From: Octopus vulgaris
Lineage: Eukaryota
Direction of reading: 5' to 3'
Assembly (NCBI GenBank): GCA_951406725.2
Contig: OX597817.1
Span: forward strand, 27,590,001-27,654,000
DNA length: 64,000 nt
Numbering within the stretch: the first letter of the stretch is position 1; every line of letters begins with the position of its first letter. Positions 51,600-64,000 of this stretch are shown in pieces. The notes below the pieces were generated by a model. It searched no databases and was not told where the DNA came from. It saw only the letters and a program-made list of their open reading frames with translations. The translations under genes were made by a program, and so were the position numbers.

Positions 51600-53147
51600 T
51601 ACTTGCAAGTGGTAAGATCTCAGAAAGAATCAGATGCTAAAAACTATAGGCCTATCTCTCTGACTTCATACATCAGTAAACACATGGAATGAAATAGTCC
51701 GAAAGAAACTAATAGCATTCCTTGAAGAGAATGATTTGCTGACGGGCATCCAGTAGAGTTTCCAACCAAGTAGAAGCTATTTGACACGGTTCTTACAGCA
51801 CTACGACTGGGTTAAAAGCAGCTGATCAACAACTCAAATGTGGATGTGGCATATCAAGACTTTGCAAAAGCCATTGATAAATTCGAACGTGGTATGATAT
51901 ATCACAAGCTGCGTAATTTCAGCATTGTTGGAGAACTTGAAGAGTGGCTACACGGCTTTTCTAACATGATTCCAGTTTCAGTCACACTGTGTGGCATTTT
52001 GGGCAAGTGTCTTGAATCATAGCCTCGGGCCGACCAAATCCTTGTGAGTGGATTTGGTACATGGAAACTGAAAGAATCCCGCTGGATATATATATGTGTA
52101 AATATATTTTTTGTGTGTTTCTTTGTGTCTGTGTTCGTTCCCACACCACCACCAGACAACCGGTGCTGAGCGGTTCGGCAAAAGAGCCCGATAGAATAAA
52201 TACCAGGTTTATTAAAAGTAAGTACTGGGGTCGATACATTCGGCTAAAAATTCTTCAAGGAGGTGCTCCAGCATGGCCGAAGTCTAATGACTGAAACAAG
52301 TAATAGAAAAGACAAAATAGCCTGCTCCAGAGTGACTGTAATCCTTGAATCAAAATCAGTGAGCATCCTAGGCACTGGCATCAATAATGATGCATCTTCC
52401 AGGTGCTTATCACTCAGTTAAGAATGAAATGCAAGTGGTTGACCAGATGGATCATCAGGACTTTCAGAACGAGAGAACAGGAAACCGTGATAGTCCTCGA
52501 GAGAACAGGAAAACATGGTATTCCCAGAGAGAGCATTTGTTTTCGGTTGTTTTCTAAACTGCTGAGGGCAAATGTTCCCACTTATAGCCACCACACAGTA
52601 TAAAACTAACTGTGGAATCCAGCGAAGCTACTCAATGGAGATCGTCTCAATCTGACACGTCAGCTACTGGAGAAGTCTGATAAAATGAAGACCTTCTCCC
52701 TATTACCAAGGCGGGAAAGATATGCAGTGATGTACATCTGGAAAATCCTGGACAGACTTGCTATCAAACTTTGGCATTGAAAGTTAGACAAACAAGAGAC
52801 CGGGACACCACTGCATAATGCCAAAAATTCCATTGCCGTCACGATTCAGAAACAGATACTGTAACAACTTGGGTTCTAAGGACCCACGGCCCTTCAATAT
52901 CTTCCCTAGGAGTCTGAGACTAACATGGAGTAGATGTAGATGACATCAAAACCGAACTGGATCTCCTCCTGTCAGGCGTTCTAGATCAACCCACCTCGCA
53001 GAAGGTAACAAGAATGAAGGCAGCAACATCAAACTCTTCCTTTCACCTAACACCACATATCAGTGATTTCTACTAGTGAAATGTAGCAAAGCTAAGAGCC
53101 GTACTCCAGCATTGTCGCAGATCTCGTGCAGAAGCTAATAAAAGAAT
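51600..53147 (+). mobile_element. Degenerate CR1/L2-group LINE (RT domain to 3' end)
   Basis: NYRPISLTSYISKHME, DVAYQDFAKAIDK, and R.RYAV.YIWKIL remnants. Ends ctccagcattgtcgcag...aataaaagaat. Confidence 0.85.
51942..52312 (+). mobile_element. SINE family B nested in the LINE
   Basis: Matches the 39247 copy. Confidence 0.88.
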
Positions 53148-53319
53148 GTGTGAGTGTATGTGTGCGTGTGTCTGTTTGTTTTTCCACATATATTCATCAT
53201 ATATTATATTTACTAGGTTACATTTTACTTTTCTTTATCATTCTATTTTATTCCTTCTTTTTGAACTTTTAATATTTTTTTTAACGGGGCCAATATTTTC
53301 CAATTCTCAAGGCACCGAC

Positions 53320-53695
53320 TAGCTGGGAAAATCGTTAGCACGCCGGGCGGAATGCTTAACGGCATTTCACCTGTCTTCGTGTTCTGAGTTCAATTTCCGC
53401 CGGGGTCGACTTTGCCTTTCATCCTTTCGGGGTCGATAAATGAAGTACCAGTGAAACACTGGGGTCGATGTAATCGACTAGTCCCCTCCCTCAAAATGTC
53501 ATGGTCTTGTGCCATCAGTAGAAAAGAAAATGCTTAGAGGCATTTTCTCCATCTTCACGCTCTGCGTTCACATTTCGTAGTGGTCGACTTTGCTTTTCAT
53601 CCATTCGGAGTCGATAAAACATGTACAAGTTAAGCAGTGAGGTCGACTTAATCCATTTCCCAATATTACTGGCCTTGTGTCAGAATTTGAAACCT
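53320..53695 (+). mobile_element. Two tandem SINE family A copies
   Basis: Cores at about 53320-53525 and 53530-53695. Confidence 0.82.
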
Positions 53696-56049
53696 TTAGC
53701 TTCCACCCCTTTCCTTCTTTTATACCGGATCTTTCTCCTATTTTCCTTCATTCATTCCATCTTCTTCCTTTTCTATCTTTAATACATTTCATCATTTCCA
53801 TCTCCGTTTTTTTCTTTCACTTGTAGTCATGATTTTTTATTCAATTTTTCTTTCTTCTTATTCATTGATGATTTTTTTCTTTTGTATGAATTATTTTATT
53901 CCTTCCTTTTAAATGTTAGTACTTTCTCTCTTGTTCTAGCACACTTTTTTAAAAATAAATTTTATGAATAATAATATGAAAAGAAAACAAACATTTGCAT
54001 TTATTTAATTATTTCAAACATAGATTCCCTTCCTGACCCATGTCTTTCAACCGTCCTTGGTCAACCAAACATATGCATTGAAATAGCTGCAATCGTTTAC
54101 TTTACTAACGTCTTCTGGTATCAATTCATGTATTACGCAGCAGTCTGCCACAGACCAAACTTTTGCAATAACATTAAGTTATTCTGTTTTTAATTGCATA
54201 CACACAACATCAGTTCTGCCTCTTTAGCTTTTCCCCTCTTAACATAATAAAAAAGAAAACAAATGTTAATAAAATAAGCAACGGAAACAAAGAAATATTT
54301 CAAAGGATCAAAGTATATTTTGCTTGAGTGGATTCACCAAGGAAGTTGCAATGAATATATTTGCAATTTCTTCGTTTCACTTTAATAGAGCTTATGAAAA
54401 TTGCTTTTTATCGGAATATTTTTTTTTAGAATTTCCACCTTTGTCTCGTTTCTCACTACGCTTTGCCCCCACACACACAAACACACATATATATTGTTGA
54501 GGATATTTTAAATTCTCTATTATTAGGCATTATTGTTAAATTAGAGGGAAATTTAATTACACATTGACTCATTATCACATTGGTGATCAATAACATCAGA
54601 ACTATAGTTAACCTTCCCACACTCACAGATACAAACTAATCGCCATTATCTGCTGTATTGCAAGAACAATATAAATCTTCCCTGGGCTATCGTTTATTCC
54701 ATAATATATATTACCTGCATTTAATAATTAAGATTGTTTTATTAATATCAACATTAATATTGTTAATTTCATTTTCTCATCTCTCACTTCCACTTATTCT
54801 TTATGTCCATCTCTTCATATTATACTTTTCTTTTCATCTTTTTATTATTTTCTTTTCTTATGCTTCGTCTAATTTTCGTCTGACATTTCGTCTGACATCT
54901 ACTTCTATTTTCTGCTCTTCTTTTTCTTCTTCTCCTTCCAGTTTATTGTCATCGTCCTCACCTTCTCTTCTTCATAATCTTCTTCCCTTTTGAACTTAAT
55001 GTTAATATTGTTATTGACGATTTATCTATTTGAAATAATCATTATTGTTTTGTTAAAAATAACATTAGCGTTATCATGATGATTTTACATTTCCTTCATC
55101 ATCTTCTGTTTCTAACCACTTAGTTCCAGACGTGACCCTGTGTGGAAACGAACATTGCTTCGCAAATAACAATTTGACTTCTGTAATTCAACTGCATAAT
55201 ACAATGGGTGAGACATTTTCTACCACAGCCACTTGTTAACAAAAGCCTTGCAAATTAAATTTGAAAGACCAAAGTAGTGTAGAAAGCCATCGGATGAACC
55301 GCCTCTTTTGGAGTTGAACTTAATTCTGGTTCATAGGTGCTTACAATCGAATTCAAACTGTCACAAACAAAACGCATTTTGAAAAGATGAAGTTTAAGTA
55401 TTCATAATCTGTCACTGGTTGAGAGGAATACAATTTAAGAAACATAAGTTCTCCTACTGTTTATGAATGTTTAAATCCAAGATTATTTTTCTTAATGTAT
55501 ACCCTTATGCTATTTTGTGGTTTAATCCACAGGTTAGCTGTAATCAAAAGCATTGCACCTGTGTGATCCCTACCTTTTAAAAGTATCTAAATCGTCATTA
55601 TCTAATATTTCCTTTCCGTAATTAAATCGCTAGTGTGAGATTGGTGAAAGATTTGGATAGATTGAAAACATGCTCACCCCACTAGTAGCTTCTTGCTGTA
55701 TCTAAACTAAATGAATAAGCTTAGCAGAAATGAAGCTTGATAAAGAAATACATTGGTAGAAATTAGTTTTAAATACGTAATTTTTCCATTATTACTACTG
55801 TTGGTCACAGTGACAGCCGAACGATATACAGCATTAATTATGGAAATTGAGTGTCATTGTCCAAATTTCATGTCTTTCGTCACTAGTAATAACTGAAGGT
55901 TTTGCTCATCACGGGAATATTGTTTGTTTGTGTTTACACCTTAAGCGCGCTTAAAGTACAAGCAGCGAAAATTCGTAGTCATTTACTTGTGAAACCGAAG
56001 AGATATCAATACCAGGTGAATCGCAATCTATCACAATACTTCACTGGTA

Positions 56050-56420
56050 GTTTGTTTTGCTTACTGCAATAAAAAGTGAGATCAAATGATTTCGAAGAGA
56101 CTGAAACTCGGTGCATGAATGGCCGCAAGTTAAAACTGTTTTGTTGAACAATAAATACTCGAGTTTCCAGATGTATATCACCGCATATTTGTCTCACCTT
56201 CATTCTAGCGAGTATTGATTTAACTTTTTCAGCCTCTCCCAATATTTGACGTGTCGCATTGAGACGATCTTCTCCGTGTAGCTTCGCTAGATTGCTTCGA
56301 GTTCCACCGTTAATTCAACACGGTGATGACCATATTTACGAGCAATAGTCTGAACGGTTGAAGGCTAATCAAGTATTATTCAGCACACCACACTCGCATC
56401 TTCCATTCGTACCTATAACT
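56050..56420 (-). mobile_element. Second, inverted fragment of the 51600 LINE family
   Basis: Minus strand ELEAI*RSYTEKIVSMRHVKYWERLKKLNQYSLE*R*DKYAVIYIWK. Nucleotide match to 52615-52750. Confidence 0.82.
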
Positions 56421-58429
56421 AAATATACGTATGTAGGTATGAATCTGGAAGTTGTATTTTTTTACGAAAGCACAGTGCCTGCTTTCTTATTTCGTTTGTT
56501 TACCACAAAGTTCTATTCCTATATTATATCATTTTCTTGTCAATGTTGATCTTTTCTATACACATTTTCTTCCCTTGCACTAAACCGTTGCCGACACACT
56601 TCTACCAACACCAATAATGACTATGAGAATGCTCCACCAAACACACTCCTTCTTTTCGTGAGATCACCTCATATATCCTCAATTTATATTAAGAATATTT
56701 TTGACAGTCATATTATGTTGTGGCATATTCTTAAACTGATTTACTGCTTGCCATTCGTTATTTTCCGAAAAGCTGGCAAAAGATATGTTTGTAATTTTAT
56801 TACATTTATTTCATCTTTTACATTTTCTGTCTCATTTTACTTACGCATTCACTTTTCTTCCGTATATTTCTTTTCACTCTGAATTTTTGCTCTCTTTTTT
56901 TTTTATATTCATACTTTTTGCCGTTTTTCAACAGTTTATCTTGATAATTTTTTTTTTGTATTTTTCTCTTCTCATACAAGTTTATACACCTTTTTCTTTC
57001 CCTTCACTTCTTATCTCTTCCATGCTGTTTCGTTTTGCTCTTCGTTTCATAGTTATCTTTCTTCTTGTATCTTTCCCCAGTTTTTGTCCCTCTTCCGTTT
57101 GTTTTTGTGAGACTATTATCATCTTTTACTTCCTTTCCTTCTCATATCTCTTTACCTCTGATTCTCATTTGCTTTTCTTCTACTTTCACTTTCTTATTCC
57201 TTTGCTTTCTTATTTTATTCATTTAACTCTCCATTTTGTTTTTCTTAATTTTCTTTGTTATTTTCCTTTCATTCCTTCACTTCTTTCATCGTTGATTCCT
57301 GTTTGTCTATGTCTGAGTTTGAGTTAAGTTTGCAAGGTTTCTGTTATTATTGCTGCCGTCAAATAAATTAAGTGGTTTATTTCGATTACATTGATTTCTT
57401 TTATTCGTCCCTTCCCACCACCGTCATCTTAATCTCTGTTATTGATCCGTTGCTTTAGACCATCACCTCATTCGCTTTATAGTCAAATCCTCATTGTTTA
57501 TGATATTTTTTCTCTGCTAGGAAATTATCCATTTTCTGCCAGTTTTACGTTTAAACTGTTATGTTCTACGCGTTTAATGGGAATTTTATTGCCATTGCTT
57601 GTTTTTGCAAGGAATCCAGTTGTCGTTGTAGATGTTGCAGTTCATACTGTGATTGTTGGTGCAAATGTAACTATGTGTATTTTTCTGATCGTTGTAATTT
57701 TTAATGTTTCTTCCTTTTGTTATATTTGTGCTAATAGTTGTGTTTCCACACGTATAAGACGTGAAGAATATTATTGCGGATGGTTTTAATTCTCTTGTAA
57801 TAATTATTACCTAAATTTTAATTGACGAAGTCATTCCGATGAGTTTTTCTTTTTCCTATGATTTTTGAATACACGCTTTCTTTATAGTTCTTGTTATTAG
57901 TGTCATCTCATTTTTCAACTATTTCATACGAAATTTTACTGCCTCAGAGGCCGAAAATCCGTGTTGCTAAGGTTTCTAGCTTATTGTCTGTGGGAGGCGT
58001 AGAATAATTTTTTATGCTAAAATTATCTCACTTTGTTCAGCTGTGATTTTGTTTTGCGTGGGCTTTTTGAATTGTGCTACATGTTTTCCTTCATGGCGTC
58101 GTTTGCCTTGTGTATGCATTGTGTGGGTGTTTGTTTTGGTCTTCCTTTCTTGTGTGGGTGTATATCTCGGCTCTTTTTATGTTATTGACAGTTAATTGTC
58201 TAGTGTATGCATTCTTTAAAGAATTAGTACTATGTTTTTATGTTAGTTGTTGATTGTTTTGTCTATTTAATTGGAAAGTAATTATCAAAACTATGTGATA
58301 TCCAAGATATATTATTGGATGGTGAATCAATAGATTTGGGTTATTTTAGTGTGTCGGGGTCGAATAAAGTATACATTTGAGAAGAACATACAGTTTCAGA
58401 AGATCTATTGAAATGAAAATATTTTGCGT

Positions 58430-59700
58430 AAACTGTGGAAAGTGCTTACTATAGTTTTTGAGGGGAATGTATATATAAGTGTATGTAGATTTGTGAATCC
58501 TACAATATATTTGTTTCTCATAATTCCAGTTGTACTACGCTTATTTTTTACTTAACGCATCCCACTTAATTCTCATATCACAAGAGTAGTACTTTGAACG
58601 ACATCTTTCCGTGTAATATTTTACCAAAAAGAGAACGCGATGTCTATCAGAGTATTAAGATTTTATTTGATGTCTATAATATCTATAAGGGATCGCATGC
58701 CTTTATTATATTATCAATCTTTACTGCCATGTGGCGTATGATTGTGCGTAGATTGTATTCGAGTACGCTTTTTGGTAAATGTTCATACCACTTAGTAGTT
58801 TCAATATCGAAATGTTGACATACCACCCTGTATACATAGATGCCGACACGATGGTGCTTGCAACCGTACTCTGGCAAGAGGAGGGCAAATGCATGAAAAA
58901 TAACACGAGCAATTGTTTTATTGTAAGGATTGTGTAAATCTACATTTGGCGTTAGTTTCTCATATATATTATTTTTATATTTATTAGTGTTTAGTCACTG
59001 ATCCCAAGATATAAAGATTAAACGAGCATTCTTTGTTTTCATTGCTGGTTGTTTTTCTTTTTCTCTGGAGTCTTGACAGATTTGGAATATAGAAAGTTTC
59101 TGCTCTTCATTTTTTTTAATATAGAGATAATTTCAGTTTTAATTATGTCATTTATGTTTTATTTTTAAACTGCTCTGTTCTTTTATTCTGAAATTTTTTA
59201 TTCATTATGGATATCTTTTAATTTGTACTTTATCGTTTCCTTATATTTGAATAACCTATTTATCTTCGTCCTCCCTTATGGCTCTAATCACTTTCTCTTT
59301 GATTGCACTTACGTATCATTCTCGTCTCATTGCGCTTACTTTAGAGTAGTGTTCTGATGTGCTACTTTCCGGCAGTGCTCTTTATGTTAGGATTAGCAGA
59401 GTGACTTCGGAACAGTGCTAAATTTTATCTCTAAATTAAACGTCTTACACTGAAGATGCAATATCTTGTATTTCGGTATTGCTTTCAGGTTATAAATGTA
59501 GCCTAACTCTTCTGTATAACTCTTTTCTAATGTACTCACATTTTCATTTAAACCAAAGTATTTGCAGAAGTGCTTATATCTAATTCTCTTCTTTTGTTCG
59601 AAATTTCAGTCAGTTTGTCTCTTCTTCATCATTTGGTGAGTCTCATGTGCATTTTGATATTGGAACAACACACGCCTGTTTAATATGCGTATCTAAATCG
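58430..59700 (-). mobile_element. Degenerate R4/Dong-like LINE (CCHC and restriction-like endonuclease region)
   Basis: HHRVGIYVYRVVCQHFDIETTKWYEHLPKSVLEY...IDNIIKA...LIDIA resembles RHD.V...HW..C....KWYEH.P..V.EN of R4/Dong. Limits approximate. Confidence 0.7.
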
Positions 59701-59811
59701 GAGAATGAAATCTGGAGGTGGGTACTTGCCTTGGGTTTCCATAGTAAATCTGATTCAGTAGGGTTCTTTTACTTCCCTTTTTAGAGGGCATTATTATTAT
59801 TAGAAAGAGGA

Positions 59812-60028
59812 AGGTGGTGAGCTGGCGGAATCGCTAGCACGCCAAGCAAAATGTTTAGCGGCATTTTGTATACCATTACGTTCTGTGTTCAGATTCCACG
59901 GAGGTCGGCATCGGATTTCATCTTTTCCAGGTCGATAAAAATAAGTACCAGTTGAACACTGGAGTCGATGTAATCGACTCACCCCATTCCCCCGAATTTG
60001 CTGGCCTTGTACCAAAATTTGAAATCAT
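59812..60028 (+). mobile_element. SINE family A
   Basis: Core plus tail gctggccttgtaccaaaatttgaaatc. Confidence 0.85.
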
Positions 60029-62424
60029 TGTTATTTGAAAGAAGAGGAATTCAATGCAACTATTGCAAAACCTACAAAAATATTATTGGATGATAAATGT
60101 TACACGTCATTTTCTGTTTCTTTCAAGATATTTTTCTATTCTTATTTCTTCTTTTCCTTCTTTCATTTATGATATTGAGTCATTAAATGATAGAAATTAG
60201 CAACTTAGTATCATGTAGCAAATACATAACACCAATCACAATTTTTGGTGTGGCAGGGAATTTATTAGCCTATTTCATCTCTTATTTTGTGCGCTTTCCT
60301 TCCTACTGGTTATAAGGGGGCGAATGATAATGAGATAAACGGTGATGGTGATCGTTATGATAATGATAATGGTGATATATCGACGAATGGAAATCATTAA
60401 ACATGTTCAATATGTTCAACAATATTATAATTTGATGATAATTAATCAATATATATTGGCGCGTGGTTAAAAATTGATTATGCATGAACTGCAAAAATAT
60501 CCAATTTCTGCAGTTTACAACATTAGCCATACATTATTGGGATATTAAGAAATAGCAACCAAACCGCTATAATATAATCAAAATAATATTAATATTAATA
60601 TAATGTTAATATAATTTTTCCGCAAATAGATTCTAAGATAAAAGAAAGTATACTTATTGCATGATGAAATATTAGATGTAAAATATAACATGCTACCGGG
60701 CAACCGAACAAAAATGGAAGAATAGAAAGGCAGACAAGAAAAAAAAATTGAGTTGGCCTTGTATAGTGGCAAGTATTAAAATGCAACAAATGAAATGGGC
60801 ATTAATTCATGGAGAGTGATAAATAGTTTCATTCTTTAGATTTAGGCTAGTATTTAATAATTAGAAATTTACTGTATTCATTACCTTATTCCATGTTGCA
60901 TTAATAGCGCACGGGATACATTTCCAACAGAGAATCGAAGTTAATTCAGCAACTTCGTCCGGTGAGTACTTAACACTACAATGCATTCATTATTGGGGAT
61001 TAACGGCAGGTTTAAGTGCTATCTATATGCAATTACCTCCATTTCTCCATTATTCGAACATGTTCATTTAATTTCAGATCAATGAATGAATATACGAAAT
61101 AACTTGAATGGAATGTCAAGACATAGAATAAACTTCGAACCAAAAGAATAACAACGTGTCCGATCATTCATTGTTACTGATTATTCAAATACAACCTCTC
61201 GTGTACTTACGTAGAGGTACTAACAGACACGCGCGACAAACGGTAATGTGTGTGTGTGTGTATGTGTGTGTGTGAGAGGGAGAAAGAGGGAGATAGATAG
61301 ATATAAAGTATTATATATGTATGCATATATGCTTAGATATTTTGTGTGTATATATATTACTCTTTCACAGAATAAACCATACAATTTAATACATACCGCA
61401 ATTGCATGAAGTCATCTGAATACATGTATAAATTCTTAATTTAGAAAATGCGACAGGTATTACAAACTCGCTCACTTAGGAGTATTGAAACATGCGACAT
61501 TAAAAAAATCCTATGGAGCAAATGTGCATATATGCGTGCATTACTTTTACTTATTTAGTGCAAACGAAAAATAAAATCCCGGGAATGATATATATATTCG
61601 AATCTGATTTTCAAAGAAAGACGAAAGAACGAAGACCTGGCCGTGTACTTAAAAATGCTCAGAACGCAACTGTGTTTGTACATCAATGTGAATGTGTTAT
61701 CAAACAAGTAGTTTGTAAATCAATAATATAAATATGTGCCCAATATGTTATTGCAAGTTTTAACCTATTTATTGTAAGCCGTAAGTCTCAATAAGCGTTA
61801 TTGAAAAATAGTACGTTATTACGGGACATGTCTACATAATTGCTGAAAAATCTCTTCTCATGAAGCAAGAAATTTCATGCTACATCATGTGATTTTAAAC
61901 ACCTCAAATGATATAGACAAAGAATATTATCATTTCCTTAGTACTGATATTTGAAAATATTATAAACAAACTAGACAAAGAAAATATATTTGAAACGTGA
62001 AAATATTTCGCACTTAAAATTATTTAGCACAGAAAATATACTAAAATAGACAGCAACAATCATTAAAGTATCGAGTCTGGTATACCTATATGCTTCTGTT
62101 AACGTATGAGTGACAAAACTGATGTTTCATATTTTCTTATTCAGCCTTAAACAATTTTAGAATTTTTATTATACCCAATCAGACATGTTTCACGTATGAG
62201 TTATTTTGTGACTAACATCGTTATCAGAAACATACGTTTTTTTCATTCGGTATCATAATGTATGTTTATACATATTTCGAAATGCACGAGCATCTCCTGT
62301 TTTCACGTCACATATTTATCCAATATAAGTGTATAATAAGCATTTCATAAGGTCGTCTTCTTCATTGACTTCTAATTTTTATTTCAAATTAAACATTTTT
62401 TTTTTTACTTCTATAAGCTTATTT

Positions 62425-62530
62425 GCGATGGACCGGTGCCCCGTTCAGGTGAAGATCATATACGCCAATGAAACCGGAAAACCGGCCTTTATGAGCCAGG
62501 CATGGCTCGAGAAGGAATAGAACAACAAAC
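62425..62530 (+). mobile_element. SINE family C-related 3' fragment
   Basis: gcgatggaccgg...gaaaccggaaaaccggcc is similar to 30335-30410. agcttatt duplicated at the flanks. Confidence 0.65.
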
Positions 62531-62789
62531 GAGCTTATTAACTGAAAGAGAGGTTTCCGTTCACTTTATCAATTTCCCTATGATTATGATGTGAAGATCA
62601 TTTTTTTATGTTAGCCTTAGACACGGCTCTGATAATGTAATAAGTCAGAATTAAATTGTCACTTGACAGTCACATGCTTGTCAAAAAACGTTCACATATA
62701 TTGCTCATTGTGTTTGAACTAATACGGTTAACTAACGCAGTCCAACTAACATCACCCGTCAAATACTGTTTCTTTGATTTGGAAAACAT

Positions 62790-63470
62790 GCCATGACACA
62801 GCGGGGACAGCACAAGGACAGACAGAACACCACAGTGGGAACAAAAAAAAACCATAAACCGAACGAAGGAAGGATGAATAAAATTAGTGGTGATGAAATG
62901 GCTGCAGTAACATTTAAATGTTTTAAAACAGTTTTTAATCATTTTCCTTTGTCTTTTTTCCTTTTAGCATCTAATAAATTGTAATATCTTACTTTTTAGA
63001 AGTTCATGAATGGTTCTGAATCTGTGTACGCCACAGCAAGCGGTAATTCATCAAACTCCACCTCTACTCCTAATGGGTCTGTGTCGTTTCCTAACAAATC
63101 CCTCAGTTTTCCGTACCGCTCTCGGTCTATCACAATTTCTTTTACATTTTCTGTATACAGCTCTACTGCTAATCTTACCCTTATTACTGCCAAACCTTCT
63201 AAGGCCTCCACCTCGGCCTGTACACTGAGGCCCAGTGTCTAACCCTTCCACATCAACCCCTTCGTCTCTGTGGCCTGGAGAACGGCCACCTCCTCCATAA
63301 TCTTCTGGGATGGTGTGGTCCTCTTAACCATATCATCCATAATCTACTGCGGCGGTGACAACTCCACGCCACCACCCACTCCACATTCCATCCTCTGACA
63401 TTCCTCCATGTTTGATATGTCCATCTCCATCCTTAAAACCTTTGCTGCCTCCGCAACACTCCACCAAACA
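62790..63470 (-). mobile_element. Internally deleted ORF1-only retroelement
   Basis: EEVAVLQATE...VQAEVEALEGLA matches the 37094 ORF and runs in frame into a C-terminus homologous to 48381-48618. Then about 200 nt of UTR and the ctgtctgtccttgtgctgtcccc tail. Confidence 0.8.
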
Positions 63471-63759
63471 GGTGATTCTACTTCACGGCAGGAAATGCAG
63501 ATGTACGAAATGTGAATCCTGAATAATATACTCTTGGATGAAGGCGGCAGTATCCAATTTTGGGAGTGAAAATACCATGAAAAACTCTGAATTACTCTGT
63601 ACCTGAAACCTGAATTCATAGATTTCTTATGTGTTTTAATATTTTAATGACTGATACATTTGTACATTTAGAAACTGATATACATCGATCCAAGACAGAA
63701 TATATGTTTATAGAAATTATTGAACCTATTTGAATTCTCCTTAACATTATATATATATA

Positions 63760-63973
63760 TATATAATATTAATTAGAGACAAAACCACTATTTTGCAAAA
63801 CAAACAAGGAAAGACTTAATCAATACATAAAATTTTAATAAAAAGTAAAAAATAAAAAATAAAAAGTAAAAATAAAAAATAAAAAATAAAAAATAAAAAA
63901 TTTTATGTATTGATTAAGTCTTTCCTTGTTTGTTTTGCAAAATAGTGGTTTTGTCTCTAATTAATATTATATA
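63760..63973. repeat. Perfect 77-bp inverted repeat with A-rich spacer, next to (TA)n
   Basis: Arms at 63760-63836 and 63897-63973 are exact reverse complements. Confidence 0.95.
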
Positions 63974-64000
63974 ATATTTTACTATAAAATTGGATTTAAT

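Noticed and set aside
56785-57327. 180-aa hydrophobic ORF resembling a membrane protein (also 54658-54993)
   Set aside because: It arises from T-rich low-complexity DNA (F/L/I/S bias). No motif or splice support.

Overview
AT-rich, microsatellite-dense eukaryotic DNA. The SINE repertoire points to an octopod cephalopod (Octopus); this is inference. I find no convincing host protein-coding exon, so the window is probably intronic or intergenic, and nearly all listed ORFs are translations of (TA)n/(CA)n tracts. The window is a transposon graveyard: several tRNA-like-headed SINE families with swapped 3' tails; fragments of RTE, CR1-group, R4/Dong and L1/Tx1-type LINEs; Helitrons; a Tc1/mariner MITE; and a Merlin-like foldback. 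Two signals stand out. (1) At least five sequence-unrelated minimal type-I hammerhead-ribozyme-like motifs, each with a palindromic stem III, mostly lie ~90-200 nt upstream of a TA-rich microsatellite (Penelope-like or retrozyme-like microsatellite-associated elements). (2) A family of gag/ORF1-like elements appears to lack ORF2 (HAL1-like architecture), and its 3' tail is also carried by a SINE subfamily. All calls were made by eye, without database searches.
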